The notes under the pieces: model-generated | Told to the model about the DNA's origin: nothing | Databases searched by the model: none | The model's input: only the letters and a program-made list of their open reading frames with translations | Program-made: the position numbers and the translations under genes | Shown here: positions 17,311 through 20,000 of the stretch, one piece after another | Layout of the letters: the number at the start of each line of letters is the position of its first letter | Numbering within the stretch: the stretch's first letter is position 1 | Virus record (IMG/VR): IMGVR_UViG_3300033066_001967 | DNA: 20,000 nt | Direction: 5' to 3' (one strand) | Origin: an uncultured virus (IMG/VR IMGVR_UViG_3300033066_001967) | Taxonomy: Duplodnaviria; Heunggongvirae; Uroviricota; Caudoviricetes

Positions 17311-17315
17311 GCTCT

Positions 17316-17687
17316 ATGCAAGCGCAGTACGGTTCGAGGTGCCCCTCGTGCGGTGAACGCATCGAGGAAGGCGACGATATTTTTTTCGACGATGAACTCG
17401 ACGCGTGGGTGTGCGAGGGCTGCGAGCCCGCGCCGCTGCGCATCACCAAGCCGAAGCCGGCCAAGAAGAAGGGCCCGTCGCTCGCCGAGCGCCTCGAAGG
17501 TTCCGAGCCCGCGAGCGTGGCCTCGACCGCGCTCAAGAACTTCAGGTCCGTGGCCGAGCTTTACAAGGACAAGACGTGCTCGATGCACGGCTGCACCTGG
17601 CAGGTCATCGGCGAGCTGCACTATGGTGAGAGAACCAAGGCTTACTTCTGCAAGCAACATGAGCCGATAATTGGAGGTGCGCGATGA
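17316..17687 (+). CDS. Double zinc-finger hypothetical protein
   Basis: CPSC...CEGC and CSMHGC...CKQH; ATGA overlap with the next gene. Confidence 0.75.
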   Translation: MQAQYGSRCPSCGERIEEGDDIFFDDELDAWVCEGCEPAPLRITKPKPAKKKGPSLAERLEGSEPASVASTALKNFRSVAELYKDKTCSMHGCTWQVIGELHYGERTKAYFCKQHEPIIGGAR

Positions 17688-18040
17688 GCGGCGCTCCACT
17701 CGAACTCGACTTCGCTCTCACGTGCAACATCAAGGACTGTGGCAAGCGCGCACACTACTACGCGTCGGTGAAGCGCGTGCGCATCGGCAACGGTGATACG
17801 GAGCTGGAGGAAGTGTTCACGCTCTTCCACTGCGCCGACCACGAGTTCAGGCTCGTTCACGGGCCCGTCGTGAAGGTCGAGCCCAAGCCGTGGAAGCTCA
17901 AGTCGATGCTTGACGACGTGATGCGCCAATGCAGAGTGTGGGACGCCACGAGCGGCATGCGCTGCGTCGAGGACGGCTGCAAGTACGAGGCGCTCGCCGA
18001 CATGCGCTGCCCGATTCATCAAATCGTGGTGCCTCGATGA
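17684..18040 (+). CDS. Cys/His-rich hypothetical protein with two C-x4-C...CxxH units
   Basis: CNIKDC...CADH and CVEDGC...CPIH; GGAGGT RBS; ATGA overlaps. Confidence 0.75.
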   Translation: MSGAPLELDFALTCNIKDCGKRAHYYASVKRVRIGNGDTELEEVFTLFHCADHEFRLVHGPVVKVEPKPWKLKSMLDDVMRQCRVWDATSGMRCVEDGCKYEALADMRCPIHQIVVPR

Positions 18041-18495
18041 GCTGGACCCTGGCCAAGACCGACACGCACTACGTGCTGGAGCGACGCGGATTCGTCACGC
18101 TCAAGATGGAAATCGCGCGCGAGTACTTCGACCCGCTCTCCTCCGAGGAGAAGATTGAAGCGCTGCTCGTGGGCATGGACAAGCTCGACGACCACGCCCG
18201 CGCGGCTGGCATATACGCCGGCCCCGACGGTGTCGACGTCGTCGGGAGGTTGCCGTCAAGTTCATCGGCATCGACTCCGAGACGGAGAACTTCTCGCCTG
18301 GCGACCAGGTGCCGCGCCTCGTGTGCGTCAGCGTCTGCGTGCAAGGCAAAGAGCCGCAGCTCTACGGGCACGTCGAGGGCGCCGCGCTCGTCGAGGAACT
18401 CGTCGACGACGCGCTCGCGTCACCCGACGACGACCCGCTCATCCTCACCTTCCAGAACGGCTTCTACGACCTCGCCGTGTTCGCGCGCGAGATAG
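18037..18495 (+). CDS. Hypothetical protein; coding-like part probably ends near 18258, remainder overlaps polA out of frame
   Basis: ATG 18037 in ATGA overlap (MSWTLAKTDTHYVLERRG...VDVVGRLP); after 18255 the translation becomes Ser/Arg-rich shadow sequence until TAG at 18493-18495. Confidence 0.55.
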   Translation: MSWTLAKTDTHYVLERRGFVTLKMEIAREYFDPLSSEEKIEALLVGMDKLDDHARAAGIYAGPDGVDVVGRLPSSSSASTPRRRTSRLATRCRASCASASACKAKSRSSTGTSRAPRSSRNSSTTRSRHPTTTRSSSPSRTASTTSPCSRAR

Positions 18496-20000
18496 GGACC
18501 GCCGCGTTCGTGCGCAAGGTGTTTCAGCTCTTCGAGCGCGACCGCGTGTGGGACACGATGGTCGCCGAGTGGGTGCTCGACAACGCCGACGGCATCCTCA
18601 ACCTCCAGCCCTGGAGGAAGAGCAAGACCGGCTATCGCCGCCCGCCGAAGGGCTCCAACTGGTACGGCCTCGGCAGGCTGTCGAGCAAGTACCTGTTCAT
18701 CGAGCTGGACAAGGGCGAGCACAGCGTGCGTACGAACTTCGGCTACCTGCGCGGCGTCGAGCTGGAGCGCTGGCCGGCGGAGCACATAGCCTACGCCAAG
18801 ACCGACGCGAAGGTCACGGTCGGCGTGGCGCTCGCGCAGTGGGCCCGCGCGCTCGCCGACAAGCGCGCCCCGCTCAAAGACTTCGCCGCGCAGCTCCGCG
18901 CCTACTGGGCGCTGCACCTCATCAGCGCCTGGGGCCTCACCACGAACCTGGAGACGGTCGCCGCGTACAAGGCCGAGCTTGAGGCCTCGATGGAGAATAT
19001 GCGCGAGGACCTCGGCAAGATTCTCGTCGAGGTCGACGGTGAGTGGCTGCCGCTGCTCTGGCAGGTGAAGGGCAAGACGCGACCGGTGAAGGACGAGGGC
19101 AAGTGGAAGTCCTCCACCAAGGCGCTCCGTTCGCTCATCGCCGCCGCGTTCGAGCGGCAGGGCATGGACGTGCCGATGACCGACCCGAGCCCGTCGCACC
19201 CCGACGGCCAGGTCGCCACCGACGCCGAGACGATAGAAGACTGCGAGGACCCGTCGCTCGCGCCTTGGAAGGCCTACAAGCACGCCGAGAAGATGCTCTC
19301 CAACTACGTGCCCGTGCTTGAGCAGGGCATCGTCCACCCGCGCTACGGTATCACGGCGAACGGACGCGTCTCGCACTTCGACCCCAACATCGGCAACCTC
19401 CCGCGCAAGGGCAAGGTGCGCGAGTGCTACGAGCCGCGCGAAGGCTTCCTGCTCTGCTCGACGGACTACGGCTCGCAGGAGCTGGTGACGTTCGCGCAGG
19501 TGATGAAGTGGACCATCGGCGACAACGCGCTCGCCGACGCGCTCAACCAGGACCTCGACCCGCACTTGATGCTGGCCTGCCGCCGCATGGGCATCGACTA
19601 CGACGACGGCATGCGCCGCCGGAAGGCCGGCGACCAGCTCGTCAAGGACCACCGGCAGAAGAGCAAGGGACCAAACTTCGGCTACCCCGGCGGCATGGGG
19701 CCCGAGAACTTCGTGCACTACATGCGCGGGCAGGACCCGCCAGAGTTCTACACCATCGAGGAGGCCGAGCACGAACGCAAGGTGTGGTTCCAGACCTGGA
19801 ACAACGACCCGCGCCGTTACTTCCGATGGGTGTCCAACCAGGTCGACGACACGGGGTGGATACGCCAGTTCGTCTCGGGGCGCGTGCGCGGCGGCGGCTC
19901 TCGCGGCCCCGGCGTTGGCTTCACCGACGGCGCGACCGGATTCTTCTCCGCGCTCGCGGCGGACATGTCCAAGGCCGCCACATACGAGGTCGTCAAGCGC
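18255..20000 (+). CDS. polA: Family A DNA polymerase with 3'-5' exonuclease (3' truncated; start anomalous)
   Basis: Manual translation: ExoI IGIDSET, ExoII QNGFYD, ExoIII YAKTD, TANGRVSHFDPNIGNLP, motif A DYGSQE, motif B RQKSKGPNFGYPGG; open to the window end, so absent from the ORF track. Confidence 0.92.

Noticed and set aside
14443..18500. 12 bp direct repeat GAGATAGGGACC at 14443 and 18489
   Set aside because: Only two copies, one inside polA coding sequence; compatible with chance in 20 kb.
9365..19772. Long antisense ORFs (9365..10726, 11913..13766, 18420..19772; similarly 7137..8501)
   Set aside because: Expected in high-GC3 DNA; no motifs, and they mirror genes with clear homology on the other strand.

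Overview
High-GC (visually ~65-70%) fragment of a tailed dsDNA phage or prophage with two divergent, tightly coupled gene arms. The minus-strand arm (8948 to 1) runs: ParB-like protein, Vsr endonuclease, C5-cytosine methyltransferase, small and large terminase, a zinc-ribbon protein, portal with a repetitive tail, Mu gpF/SPP1 gp7-like head protein, then small probable virion or fibre-like genes. The plus-strand arm (~9329 to 20000) is a replication module: AEP primase-SF3 helicase fusion, Cas4-like PD-(D/E)XK exonuclease, small ORFs including an Acb2/Tad1-like candidate, SF2 helicase, probable SSB, two zinc-finger proteins and a family A DNA polymerase cut by the window end. Most notable are a three-stem RNA-like structure over the ribosome-binding region after the SSB gene, a PolA with no canonical start codon and several altered active-site residues, a candidate nucleotide-signal sponge, a degenerate inverted repeat at the divergence point, a structured portal leader and a Vsr gene overlapping both neighbours. 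All calls come from reading motifs by eye; no searches were run.
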